A DNA stretch of 64,000 bases from Porphyridium purpureum (GCA_008690995.1 VRMN01000004.1:124001-188000); one strand, 5' to 3'; shown: positions 21,343-33,060, counted from the stretch's first letter. Numbers and translations are program-made. The notes: generated by a model from the sequence alone, not told the origin.

Positions 21343-22316
21343 TTTTTTGTCTGGCGTTCTTCGGTCCTCTGCCTCTTATTTTTCTCCCACTTTGGGCACC
21401 CCATGCGAACGTGGCCCCGCTCCTGGCACTCCCAGCACTTGACCAGTCGCTTGCGAGGATTCAACCCATGGAGCCCAGCTTCATCAAAGTTACCCAAATG
21501 GTGCACGCGCTCGGGCTTCCTCACTGCCCTTACACCGTACTGCGAGCCAAGCGCACCAAAGGTTCCATACTGACCAGCCTCCTCCAACAGAGCAGTCTTC
21601 ATCAAGGTCCAGTTCCCCTGTATGCCGTACGTCCTGGCCTGACGACGCAGCTCGGAGTTTTTCGGAAGCGCCAACGTAAGTGCCTCAATCTTGCGAGTGT
21701 CAGATTCTCCCAGAGCCGTGCAGCGATCCTCCAGAACCTCCACGAATTTCTTCAGGTCCTGGCCAATAACATACTCAACATCGTGATGCTCTGCACGAAG
21801 GGCGCGCTCGTGCTCCTTGTTGTAGAAGTAAGCAGCCACTGCCGCCCATGCCTCTTGTGCTGTTGCACCGTGCAACTCCGACAGGACCTCGTAGCATTTC
21901 CTCAGCCCCACCCCGCGGAAAACTGCATCAATCGAGGATACATGTTGGTCTGGATCCTCTCCCATGTCACGCAGGCGATTGAACCAGACCATCTTGGCGG
22001 TCAGAAAAAGTGGATCACCGGCCTTCTCAATCTGCACGCCCGCGTCACAAATAGCCTGGCCCAGTTGAGAACGAATCTTGCCGCGCACAATGGCGGGGAC
22101 ACCCTCTTCCTTCTGCTGAACACTCACAACCCCATGACTTCCTATCTCGTCACCACGAGCCGTGGGCATTGTCGGCTCTGGTGCCAGCGCGCCAGCCTGT
22201 GCACGTTCCAGCTCGCTCGAGGACGCGTGCTCTCGCGCATCGTCTGAGCCCATCGTCGTCTTCCTGCCACGCACCATCTTTGCGACTTCGTTCCTGCTCT
22301 GAATCCTCTCTCGCAA
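21336..22316 (-). CDS. gag: Gag of C copy 1
   Basis: CWECQERGHVRMGC knuckle; directly upstream of pol; start uncertain. Confidence 0.85.
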   Translation of the reverse strand: MRERIQSRNEVAKMVRGRKTTMGSDDAREHASSSELERAQAGALAPEPTMPTARGDEIGSHGVVSVQQKEEGVPAIVRGKIRSQLGQAICDAGVQIEKAGDPLFLTAKMVWFNRLRDMGEDPDQHVSSIDAVFRGVGLRKCYEVLSELHGATAQEAWAAVAAYFYNKEHERALRAEHHDVEYVIGQDLKKFVEVLEDRCTALGESDTRKIEALTLALPKNSELRRQARTYGIQGNWTLMKTALLEEAGQYGTFGALGSQYGVRAVRKPERVHHLGNFDEAGLHGLNPRKRLVKCWECQERGHVRMGCPKWEKNKRQRTEERQTKNE

Positions 22317-22456
22317 TCCTTCACTCGGTGACCGTACGTATCAGAATGTGGACACAAGTTTGTCCAAGATCAAGACCGATCTCACGTCCACACCCCACCC
22401 TCTCTCGCACCAACGTCAGATGCCACGCAATCCTGGAAGATAATTTCCGGAAATTA

Positions 22457-23514
22457 TGTCACGAACCGTGCTGGCCCAGGACACAGCGGCACACCCAACA
22501 GCAAGCCAAGCGGCACACGCACGCACACAAGCTGGACAATCCACGCAACCAAGAGGAAACACAAGACACCCGCAGCCAACTGGACCTGCGGCAGGCAGGA
22601 AACCCGGAACCAACGACGCTCACGCACGCTGTTCACACGCAAACAGCCAAGAGCACTCACACACGGGACCGACAGAACCAACCAAGAGCAGACACACGGG
22701 AAAGACACAGCCAACCAAGAGCACACGCACGGAGCAGGCACAGCCAACCAAAAGCACACACACGGAAGACGCGCGTAACGGGGGAACCAGGCGTCCGCTG
22801 CCCAACCGGGATCCCGTTCGGCCACACCTTACGGTGATCCGGGACCCGGGGAGGCGTTGTGGGCAGCCGGGGTTAGCCGGAGGAGGTTGCCTCACCTTTC
22901 GGCTTCAAACGGCCTATCACTCCTTTATCCGCCCCCGCCCACGTACCACCCCCGGATCCGCTTCCGAACAAGGACCGTCTAATGACGCCTTACCCCAGGG
23001 CATCCGCGAACCTTCCCCGTTAAACCCCCCGCTCGCTCGCTCGCGCTGTACTCCCGCCGTACCCCCGCCGTACCCCCGCTGTACTCCCGCTGTACCCCCG
23101 CTGTACCCCCGCTCCCTCAACAGGTACCCAAGGCCCGAACACGCTTCCTTGAATACACCTGTTTTTACTTAGATCCACCTTCACCCTTCTGTCTCCCGAC
23201 CCCCCTCTCCCCTCCTTGGTTGCCGACCCGCGCGTCTTTTTATACCCATCGCGACCACTGTACCCCCGAGGTACAGTGCCTTGCTGTCGCTGAGTCTAGA
23301 ACCTTCCAGAAGGTTCCAGCCACCGCCTGGCTGTACACCCATTCCATACTGGGTGGTCATCGCGCGTCTGGTCCCTAAGGGAAGGGGCCTTCAGGCCTAC
23401 CACGCGCCCCCTTGTACACCTACAGTACAGTGGGTCCGGCGCGACCAGGTATCCGGCCACGGACTATGGCTATTTTTTAATCATTTCCTTAACACACGGG
23501 CTACTCCCGTGACA
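22457..23514 (-). repeat. LTR of C (shared middle LTR)
   Basis: 1058 bp, near-identical to the other two. Confidence 0.95.
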
Positions 23515-23753
23515 TCCCACCCTCTCCGCTTCCCAATGTCAGGTATCACATGGTCCGAAGCTTCCGGAGAGTCACTTCATACTTACAGCACATGCCAATG
23601 CTTGACGCGTCCGGCATCCACGTCTCAAGCTCCATGTCGCCCGTGCACTGGCCATCGGCTTCGTGTGCCCGTCTTGGCAACGTAAGTACTCGAAGAGGAC
23701 GTCCGTCCACGTGGCCCTCCACCCGGCCGGTGTGTCCGAGGTTCCGCCACTGG

Positions 23754-26700
23754 TCACGCGTCACGGTAGGCAGCCACCATCATTGGTGGCAATGCGAGCT
23801 CAGGTTCCCACGTATCCCCACGTTTACCGAGTCCTCGCCATCTAACTCTGTACTCTCGGCGTCCGCCCACAACCCGATCCCCGGCTATAGCCTCTATAGC
23901 CCAGCTGCCGTCTTCTCCTTGCAAGACTTGGGATCCACTTGCCTCAAGGAGGTCCTTGTGGGCCCGAGCAAGCCGGTTCACGTGGACCAACTTCCCGTCA
24001 GGATGGCCTTCACTGCACAGTACTGCATGAACCCCGACCATTCTCAGGATGGATAGTGGTCCTACCCACGGCTTTTTCAGCTTGCGCCCTTCTCCTGAAG
24101 GCGGCGCCCAAACGTACACCACGTCGCCCGGCTTGAAGTCATGTTCCCTGACTCGGCGATCATAGTTCTTCGTGTACCGATCCTGTGCGATCTTCGCATT
24201 CTTATTGGCAATGGCGTGACATGCAGCAAGCTTCTTCGCGAGGTCATCTGCTTGTTCAACAGCTCTGGGTCCCGCCATACTTGCCCAGTCCCGCGCCGGC
24301 TCACCATACAACAGTTCAAACGGAGACATCTTCGTGGATGCATGCCGGGCTGTATTATACGCATACACCATTACCGACAACCAGCGATCCCAGTCTTTTC
24401 CGTTCGCACACACGTATGCCGACAACATTTGACACACTGTCTGGTTAAAGCGCTCCACAACCCCGTTCGTCTGCGGATGGTATGCTGTCGTAAGCATACG
24501 TCCTACACCCAGATTTTCACACATTTTTGAAAGGATGTCGGCTACAAAGCCCGGTCCCCGGTCGGACAGCAGAGACTCTGGCGGTCCAAAATCGCACACC
24601 CAACCGTCTAGGAAAACACGTGCCAGTGTAGCCGCAGTCTCATCCTTGACTGCATGGGCACGAACCCACTTTGTGAAGGCGTCCACCATGATTACCACTT
24701 TGCTGTGCCCGCGAGTTGTTGTCGGTGTGATACTCAGAACATCTATCGAGACAATCTCGAAACGTCTCACCGCGCGATAGACTTGCATGCGAGCCCTTCT
24801 CGGGGGCGCCTTTGTTTTCCTTGAAAAGCACTCATGGCAACAAAGAACAAACTGACGAACATCTTCCGTCCAACCGGTCCACCAGTATCGTGCATCCGAG
24901 ACCCGCTTTGCAGTCTTTTCTATTCCAAGGTGCCCTGAAAGTGGCGTGCTGGGATACACATGCAGAACGCGCTGCACCAGAGCGTTTGGTATCACGACCC
25001 TGGACTCATCGCGAAGCATAGCCCAGATGACTCCATCCTCATCAACGGTGTACTCCGGGTACGTGTATTCGGGCTTGTCTGCTTTCAGATTCTTCAACTG
25101 TTCCTGAATGTCCGTGTCGTCTGCGTATGCAGCCACGATCTCTTCCATCGAAGGTGGTGTGTACGCATCGTTCGCTTCTGTATGCTCGCCAGTATGAAGC
25201 AGCAGCTCTCGCACTCCGGCCGATGTGACAGGGACCATACCCCCATCGGCCCCCGAAGCTGGACCCTGAATCTCTTCCTGCAGCATTTCAGCCAACCGAA
25301 CTACCCGCTTCACTTCCTCATCCTCAACAGCATTCAGTCCAATGAGCTCGATTTCGCTCGTGTTGTTGAGAGTCTCAGACTTATTGCTCTCGCTCGCCAC
25401 CCGAGCCTCTTCCCCATTCATACGTACAGCTGGACGCGAAAGCGCATCTGCCACTGTATTCGCCTTGCCCGGATGATGCTGAACCTGGAAGTCGAAGTCC
25501 TGTACCTTGAGAATCCATCGCGCAATCCGACCTTGAGGCTCCTTTTGCCTCATGAGCCAGCTCAATGCGCTGTGGTCAGTCATGAGCACGAATCGTTTGC
25601 CGTACAAGTAATGCCTGAAGTGCTCCATGGCTGCAATGGCGGCCAAGCACTCCTTCTCCGTCACGGTATAGTTCTGCTCGGCCGGTCTCAGAAGCCTCGA
25701 GTAAAATGCCACTGGACGATCGCCAGTACCCTCTCTCTGCGTCAACATTGCTCCCAAGCCAGTGCTAGAAGCGTCTGTCCACAGCGTATGCTCTGCTTCT
25801 GGGTCGTATGCAGCCAAAACCTTTCGATCTCCAGTTTCTGGATCGCTGAGTGCTTCCCGAAGCGACAGAAACGCCTGACTCTGAGGCTCACCAAATCGTG
25901 CCTGCCAATCCGCCGAGTTCATAGGGTATTTCTTCCACTTGCTTCCTTTGGCGTTGATTTGAAGCCCCTTCATAGCATCCCTAAGAGGTCTGCAGACTTC
26001 CTCAAATCCCTCGATAAAATTGCGGAACCACCCCACGAGCCCAATGAACTGCTGCAGTTCCTTTGCATTCCTCGGCTCCTGCCATGCTCGCACAGCCTCC
26101 GTCTTCCTCTGGCTCGGCCTTATACCGTCCAGGCCGATATCATGTCCAAGAAACTCGACCCTTAAAGCCCCAAATCTGCACTTCGACAATGAGAACACCA
26201 AGCCCGCAGCGCAGAATTGCTCCAGCACCCGCTGCAGCGCTTGCAAGTGCTCTTCAAACGTCTTTGTCCCGATTGCCAAATCATCAATGTAAACCAATGC
26301 ATTCAGGTACCTGAGCGGGCCCAGGACCGTATTTGTCAATCGCTGGAAGGTACTTGGGCTATTACAGCAACCCTGAGGTAATCGGCAGTATTGAAACAGC
26401 CCGTCCGGAGTGATAATCGCTGTCAATGGTCGGCTCTCGGGGGCCAGAGGGACCTGGAAGAAGCCATCCTTCAGATCCAGGATACTCTTGAACTTCCACG
26501 ATGCAAACCAGTCGATCATCTCTCCCACGTCCGGAATGGGATATCGATCTTTGACAGTCGCATCATTAAGCGTTCGGAAGTCTGTCGTCAGACGCCAGCC
26601 GCCTTTCGGCTTCTTGACCATGACATTCTGGCTCGACACATCTGACAAACTCGGCTCCAGCACTCCTCGGGCGACCAGCCCTTGCACCATCTCGCGCTCA

Positions 26701-27533
26701 GCCTGCGTCACCGCAGGAGCCCTGCGACGTAACCTTGCCCTGGGGAGATCCTCCAAACGCTCTGGCTTGATGCGGATCGTATGCTCGACGAGGTCTGTCT
26801 TACCCAGCTCCGGCCGGAAGAGAACCCAAAACTTCTTCAAGAGCCCCTTCATCTCCCTGCTTTGCGCTTCATCCAAATGCTCAAAGATCTTGGCTTCAAT
26901 GGTAGAACAAACAGCCTCGTTGTGACCTGCATACTTTTCTTCGAGGGCCTGGATTCGCTTCTTCACTTCTGCTCCATCAGCAATATAGTGCACCGCCTCC
27001 AACTGCACCGTGGGTTTGGCTTCCTCATACATCGATCCCAGGATCCTGTGTCTTTCCAGGCATGTATGACACACGGCTTCCTGTGTACTGGAAACGTCTC
27101 GGTTGACAAAAGTAATCCATCCGCCCGAGCGTAGGCCCAGACCCTTTCCCGGGATCAAGCAACTGACATGCTTGGCAAGAAAACGCATTCCCAGTATGAG
27201 ATCAGGTCCGAGGTTCCTCATAATCCGGACGCTTTCCTCCGACTGAATTCCCTCACCAACCCAAATTGTGGCAACGCTCTCCTCGGCCTCCCCCAACACC
27301 TCATTGGTTGGACCCAATGCCTGTGTGTGGGTCTTTCTACGAAGAAGCCCAAGACGGTCAGCCAAATCGTCGTTCATCCACGTGGATAAAGCCCCCGTAT
27401 CAACCAGCGCAGTAGTCCGAACCTTCAGGACTCCCCATTCAGCCTGTACGTCTATCCATGGATACGAGCCCAGTGGGACTGCCTCCGACAATTCTTCAGA
27501 TTCCGGGGGGCCTTCGCATCCCCCCGCTACTCG
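23754..27533 (-). CDS. pol: Pol of C copy 2
   Basis: Same as copy 1 with two amino-acid differences seen. Confidence 0.95.
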   Translation of the reverse strand, partial: RVAGGCEGPPESEELSEAVPLGSYPWIDVQAEWGVLKVRTTALVDTGALSTWMNDDLADRLGLLRRKTHTQALGPTNEVLGEAEESVATIWVGEGIQSEESVRIMRNLGPDLILGMRFLAKHVSCLIPGKGLGLRSGGWITFVNRDVSSTQEAVCHTCLERHRILGSMYEEAKPTVQLEAVHYIADGAEVKKRIQALEEKYAGHNEAVCSTIEAKIFEHLDEAQSREMKGLLKKFWVLFRPELGKTDLVEHTIRIKPERLEDLPRARLRRRAPAVTQAEREMVQGLVARGVLEPSLSDVSSQNVMVKKPKGGWRLTTDFRTLNDATVKDRYPIPDVGEMIDWFASWKFKSILDLKDGFFQVPLAPESRPLTAIITPDGLFQYCRLPQGCCNSPSTFQRLTNTVLGPLRYLNALVYIDDLAIGTKTFEEHLQALQRVLEQFCAAGLVFSLSKCRFGALRVEFLGHDIGLDGIRPSQRKTEAVRAWQEPRNAKELQQFIGLVGWFRNFIEGFEEVCRPLRDAMKGLQINAKGSKWKKYPMNSADWQARFGEPQSQAFLSLREALSDPETGDRKVLAAYDPEAEHTLWTDASSTGLGAMLTQREGTGDRPVAFYSRLLRPAEQNYTVTEKECLAAIAAMEHFRHYLYGKRFVLMTDHSALSWLMRQKEPQGRIARWILKVQDFDFQVQHHPGKANTVADALSRPAVRMNGEEARVASESNKSETLNNTSEIELIGLNAVEDEEVKRVVRLAEMLQEEIQGPASGADGGMVPVTSAGVRELLLHTGEHTEANDAYTPPSMEEIVAAYADDTDIQEQLKNLKADKPEYTYPEYTVDEDGVIWAMLRDESRVVIPNALVQRVLHVYPSTPLSGHLGIEKTAKRVSDARYWWTGWTEDVRQFVLCCHECFSRKTKAPPRRARMQVYRAVRRFEIVSIDVLSITPTTTRGHSKVVIMVDAFTKWVRAHAVKDETAATLARVFLDGWVCDFGPPESLLSDRGPGFVADILSKMCENLGVGRMLTTAYHPQTNGVVERFNQTVCQMLSAYVCANGKDWDRWLSVMVYAYNTARHASTKMSPFELLYGEPARDWASMAGPRAVEQADDLAKKLAACHAIANKNAKIAQDRYTKNYDRRVREHDFKPGDVVYVWAPPSGEGRKLKKPWVGPLSILRMVGVHAVLCSEGHPDGKLVHVNRLARAHKDLLEASGSQVLQGEDGSWAIEAIAGDRVVGGRREYRVRWRGLGKRGDTWEPELALPPMMVAAYRDA

Positions 27534-28507
27534 TTTTTTGTCTGGCGTTCTTCGGTCCTCTGCCTCTTATTTTTCTCCCACTTTGGGCACTCCATGCGAA
27601 CGTGGCCCCGCTCCTGGCACTCCCAGCACTTGACCAGTCGCTTGCGAGGATTCAACCCATGGAGCCCAGCTTCATCAAAGTTACCCAAATGGTGCACGCG
27701 CTCGGGCTTCCTCACTGCCCTTACACCGTACTGCGAGCCAAGCGCACCAAAGGTTCCATACTGACCAGCCTCCTCCAACAGAGCAGTCTTCATCAAGGTC
27801 CAGTTCCCCTGTATGCCGTACGTCCTGGCCTGACGACGCAGCTCGGAGTTTTTCGGAAGCGCCAACGTAAGTGCCTCAATCTTGCGAGTGTCAGATTCTC
27901 CCAGAGCCGTGCAGCGATCCTCCAGAACCTCCACGAATTTCTTCAGGTCCTGGCCAATAACATACTCAACATCGTGATGCTCTGCACGAAGGGCGCGCTC
28001 GTGCTCCTTGTTGTAGAAGTAAGCAGCCACTGCCGCCCATGCCTCTTGTGCTGTTGCACCGTGCAACTCCGACAGGACCTCGTAGCATTTCCTCAGCCCC
28101 ACCCCGCGGAAAACTGCATCAATCGAGGATACATGTTGGTCTGGATCCTCTCCCATGTCACGCAGGCGATTGAACCAGACCATCTTGGCGGTCAGAAAAA
28201 GTGGATCACCGGCCTTCTCAATCTGCACGCCCGCGTCACAAATAGCCTGGCCCAGTTGAGAACGAATCTTGCCGCGCACAATGGCGGGGACACCCTCTTC
28301 CTTCTGCTGAACACTCACAACCCCATGACTTCCTATCTCGTCACCACGAGCCGTGGGCATTGTCGGCTCTGGTGCCAGCGCGCCAGCCTGTGCACGTTCC
28401 AGCTCGCTCGAGGACGCGTGCTCTCGCGCATCGTCTGAGCCCATCGTCGTCTTCCTGCCACGCACCATCTTTGCGACTTCGTTCCTGCTCTGAATCCTCT
28501 CTCGCAA
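27527..28507 (-). CDS. gag: Gag of C copy 2
   Basis: CWECQERGHVRMEC knuckle. Confidence 0.85.
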   Translation of the reverse strand: MRERIQSRNEVAKMVRGRKTTMGSDDAREHASSSELERAQAGALAPEPTMPTARGDEIGSHGVVSVQQKEEGVPAIVRGKIRSQLGQAICDAGVQIEKAGDPLFLTAKMVWFNRLRDMGEDPDQHVSSIDAVFRGVGLRKCYEVLSELHGATAQEAWAAVAAYFYNKEHERALRAEHHDVEYVIGQDLKKFVEVLEDRCTALGESDTRKIEALTLALPKNSELRRQARTYGIQGNWTLMKTALLEEAGQYGTFGALGSQYGVRAVRKPERVHHLGNFDEAGLHGLNPRKRLVKCWECQERGHVRMECPKWEKNKRQRTEERQTKNE

Positions 28508-28647
28508 TCCTTCACTCGGTGACCGTACGTATCAGAATGTGGACACAAGTTTGTCCAAGATCAAGACCGATCTCACGTCCACACCCCACCCTCTCTCGCA
28601 CCAACGTCAGATGCCACGCAATCCTGGAAGATAATTTCCGGAAATTA

Positions 28648-29705
28648 TGTCACGAACCGTGCTGGCCCAGGACACAGCGGCACACCCAACAGCAAGCCAA
28701 GCGGCACACGCACGCACACAAGCTGGACAATCCACGCAACCAAGAGGAAACACAAGACACCCGCAGCCAACTGGACCTGCGGCAGGCAGGAAACCCGGAA
28801 CCAACGACGCTCACGCACGCTGTTCACACGCAAACAGCCAAGAGCACTCACACACGGGACCGACAGAACCAACCAAGAGCAGACACACGGGAAAGACACA
28901 GCCAACCAAGAGCACACGCACGGAGCAGGCACAGCCAACCAAAAGCACACACACGGAAGACGCGCGTAACGGGGGAACCAGGCGTCCGCTGCCCAACCGG
29001 GATCCCGTTCGGCCACACCTTACGGTGATCCGGGACCCGGGGAGGCGTTGTGGGCAGCCGGGGTTAGCCGGAGGAGGTTGCCTCACCTTTCGGCTTCAAA
29101 CGGCCTATCACTCCTTTATCCGCCCCCGCCCACGTACCACCCCCGGATCCGCTTCCGAACAAGGACCGTCTAATGACGCCTTACCCCAGGGCATCCGCGA
29201 ACCTTCCCCGTTAAACCCCCCGCTCGCTCGCTCGCGCTGTACTCCCGCCGTACCCCCGCCGTACCCCCGCTGTACTCCCGCTGTACCCCCGCTGTACCCC
29301 CGCTCCCTCAACAGGTACCCAAGGCCCGAACACGCTTCCTTGAATACACCTGTTTTTACTTAGATCCACCTTCACCCTTCTGTCTCCCGACCCCCCTCTC
29401 CCCTCCTTGGTTGCCGACCCGCGCGTCTTTTTATACCCATCGCGACCACTGTACCCCCGAGGTACAGTGCCTTGCTGTCGCTGAGTCTAGAACCTTCCAG
29501 AAGGTTCCAGCCACCGCCTGGCTGTACACCCATTCCATACTGGGTGGTCATCGCGCGTCTGGTCCCTAAGGGAAGGGGCCTTCAGGCCTACCACGCGCCC
29601 CCTTGTACACCTACAGTACAGTGGGTCCGGCGCGACCAGGTATCCGGCCACGGACTATGGCTATTTTTTAATCATTTCCTTAACACACGGGCTACTCCCG
29701 TGACA
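28648..29705 (-). repeat. LTR of C (5' LTR)
   Basis: 1058 bp, near-identical to the other two. Confidence 0.95.
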
Positions 29706-29709
29706 AAAG

Positions 29710-32663
29710 AGTGCAGTCATGATATCATGCACATGCCAGCGTCTAAAGGTTGTGGTGCGTGCGCGCTCGGTAAAATAACGAGGAAGCGCGCTGTACGCAG
29801 AAAAGATCAACCTGCCGTCGCCTTCAACTTCGCGGTATCGGTGGACCTTGTTGATCCAACCGAGGTGGGCGTCGACGGGACGCGCTGGATGTTTGTTCAT
29901 CGGGACGTGGGCACCGGATGGATTGAGGTCCGAGCTCTGTCAGACAAGCGAGCAGAGTCGGCGCTTGTGGCATTGAAGGAAAGCCAGCGAGGAAAGGGTT
30001 GGCCTCGACTGGTCAAGTCTGATGGCGGTGGTGAGTTCGAGGGAGCCTTCGAAGACACCCTGCGAAATAATTTAGTGGCACACGAGCGCGGCGTGGCGCG
30101 TCGAGCCAACACACATGCCGGTCAAGAGCGCGTTCACCGCGATTTGAATGCAACTCTTCGTGTCCTTTTGTTGCAGTCCGGGCTACCGACGACATGGTTT
30201 GCGTTCGCCGGGAGCTACTGGGCCGTCGCCAGAAACCTCACTTGGACCGGGCGAGCCAGTGATAAAACTCCGTTCGAGAAACGATACGGTCGAGAATGGG
30301 TCGGAACGATTCCACCATTCGGTTGTGGCGTCTCTATATATTCGGAGTTCGCGGAGAAATATGAACCAAACGGCATCTGTGCGGTTGTTGTTGGCATAAA
30401 GGTACCGGAGACGGAAAGGAACGACACAAGTGTTTTGAATGTCTTGGCGGTGCCGGTCGGCGATTTGAGACCCGCGGCAGCTCGTTGGGTGGCGGAATGG
30501 AAGAGTCTACCAGACCATTGGCCGGTGCGTCGATTGGGTCTGAGAGCAGCAGACGAGACACCGGCTCTAGTGCTGTCGCCGGAACGTGGTGATCCGCATG
30601 AATTTACCGGCGTTATGAACGACGCACCTGTGGCACGCGTAGGCAGCCCTGGTGACGGTCGGACATGGAAGCGCGCATGGTCAGAAGAGGAGTGCGCAGC
30701 GGTACGCGATGGTTTCGAACGGCTGGGACCAAAGTGGGCGAGGATCAAGAAAGAAAGTGGCGACATTCTAGTAAGCCGCAGTTCCAAAGACGTGAGGTCC
30801 AAAGCGCAGGCACTCGGCTTGCTAGGTCCGGAGGCGCAAGGTCTCGCGGAGCACCGACGTGGAAAGTCGGGAGCGGCACGCAGAGAGAGAGTGCGCACAG
30901 CGTCGACAGACCTTCACAGCATGGTGCGCGAGGCACTAGTGACTGAGGTCATCGACGCCGAGGAAGCAATGCAATCGCGGCCGGGACGCTTGGCGTTTGA
31001 GAAAGAATTGAAGGCATTGCGGAAGATGGGCGCCTTGCCTTTAGAGAAGGCAATGGAGAAGGCAGACGCAGACAGAGTGCCCGGTTCACAATTTGTGAAG
31101 CTAAAGGCAATTTTTGCGATAAAGAACGCGGAACTGGGCATTGACGCTCGCCGACATAAGTGCCGCTTAGTCGCACAAGGCTGCGTTGTTAAGAACGCAA
31201 ATGGGAGACTTGTGGTAGACCCCTTTGCGTGGGAAAAACCTCCGGGATTGGTCGCTGTCAGGGCAGCAATTAGTGCTGCCATCTTGGAACACGGCGATGA
31301 AGCTGACGGTGGTTTTCTGGACGTGGACAATGCCTACGTCCACGCGAAGTTGGGCGGACCGCCAACCTTTGTCGAGTTGGGCGGGCTTCTACCTTTGTTG
31401 AATGGATGTGTACTTCCGGGAGAGTTCCGAAAGTTAGAGAAGATGTGCAGACCCGTCGTGCGCCTGCCATTCGCTCTGTACGGAATGCCGCGGAGCGGCA
31501 GTGACTTTGGAGCTTTCGCCAGGAAACAATTACTGGGCCTGGGCTGGCGAGAGGTCACCTCTGACAAGAATTTGTATGTGCGACGACGTGGAAAGTACTT
31601 GATGTGGGCGGTTTTATATGTGGACGACGGAGGCGTATTCGGACATCGCCTGGGGGTACGCGCGGCCGTTGACGAATTGAAGAATGTATTCCGAGTGTCT
31701 AAGCAGGTTGAGTACGTTAACGAGGCCAGCAAGAAAAGCCCGGTTCGATTTTTGGGTGTGGGCATCTACAGGGACGCTGAGAGCCATGCGTGGGTTCTTG
31801 ATTCGTGGGAATACGCGAAGCACGTGGTCGCTGACATCGAAGGCACAAAGAAGCGTGCGACGCCGTTGGTTCACCGACCTGAACCAGACAAGGAGGGCAG
31901 CAGCTGCGGGGCCGAATCGCGCAAGAAGCTCGGCCAATTACTATGGCTCGTCCGGACGACAAGACCGGACCTAGCGTTCGCTGTCGGAACCGTAGCGCGG
32001 TGTACGGACAGATGGAGCCAGGAGGCTGAGAAATGTTTGACGGACATATTGCGGTATATTCGGGACACTGCAGATGTGCATCTGGAATACGCGATGCCGC
32101 GAGTGAAAGGCCTCGAGCCCATCATAATTTGTTACTCAGATGCAGATCTCTCCGAGGAGAGATCGACGACGGGTATTTGTGCATACATGTGCGCCGGCGG
32201 AGCCGACCATATTGTAGATTGGTCGAGCAGTCGACAAAGACGAACTGCTACATCTACCGCCGAGTCGGAGCTTATTGCCCTGCATACTGCCGTGCAGCAC
32301 AGAGCGTTCCCACTGGCGACATTCGTTGAAGAATCGCGTGGAAAGTGGCCACGCATGCATATGAAAGTAGACAATGAGACAGCGTTGGGCGCTGTGGAGA
32401 AGGGCTGGAGTGAAAAGATGCTGCATCTTCCCAAGATGCAAAAGATAAGTCTGCGTTGGCTGCATGAGGTCGCAGCCGACGGACTCGCCGTATATGAGCA
32501 CGTGAAAAGCCGCGACAACTTAGCAGACGGTTTTACAAAGATACTGCCCGCGGACGCTTTCAATAAGCAAAAGGCCGGGTGGCACTTGGTTATGAACCCC
32601 AAGTTTGTGGACGTGTCGCGATCTTCGGCGGACACAGCGCAAGGAGGCGCGAGGAAACAATAA
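29710..32663 (+). CDS. gag-pol: Element B polyprotein, C-terminal part (integrase, Myb-like domain, RT, RNase H)
   Basis: HDIMH..CGAC, KSDGGGEF, ERVHR, KCRLVAQG, DVDNAY, LYVDD, YSDAD, STAESE, ADGFTK; in frame with the 5' part after removing C and one AAAG. Confidence 0.9.
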
Positions 32664-33060
32664 GGATTGCGCTTGGTGTTCGCCGCCAGTGCAGAGCACT
32701 TTATAAGTGCTGGTGTGGAGACCGCCGGCGGGCGGCTCTCCAGTTCTTTAGAGGTAAGAGGCTAGAGGCGTGCGGTGGAGTAAAGTGTTTGTTCTCCTTG
32801 TGTGTTGAGAGTTACAAAGCGGGGCGGCAAGATCACGCGTCGGCGTGTGAGCGCCCATCACTCCGTCTAGCCCACCACCGAGCCGGTGGTACGCGCGCGC
32901 ATCCCAAGCGGTCGGCGGAAGGGGAAAGGAAAGGTCACCGCGCGGACTTTGTACGCTGCCGTGAGCTCGTCGCTGCGCCTTAGGGAACTTCGGGGGACTT
33001 TATTTCCCTGAAGTTTCTTAGGACTGGACTGTACCTGCTCGCCCTCGTTGTTCCTCAACA

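Larger units (their letters stand above)
16267..29705 (-). mobile_element. Tandem pair of chromodomain-bearing Ty3/Gypsy element C sharing a middle LTR
   Basis: LTR-internal-LTR-internal-LTR with period 6190/6191 bp; TSD AAAG at 16263-16266 and 29706-29709; PPT GGGAAGCGGAGAGGGTGGGA. Confidence 0.95.
14144..33020 (+). mobile_element. LTR retrotransposon B (Copia-order pol, Gypsy-like Gag/PR) inserted in the 3' LTR of A
   Basis: 373-bp LTRs at 14144-14516 and 32648-33020 (about 9 differences); PBS GGTTATGAGCCCAG 14518-14531; PPT AAGGAGG; imperfect TSD (t/g)GAC(T), termini ambiguous by 1 nt. Confidence 0.9.

Noticed and set aside
22456..23172. 238-aa T/Q/P-rich ORF repeated three times
   Set aside because: Lies antisense within the C LTR and is kept open by its subrepeats; no domain recognised.
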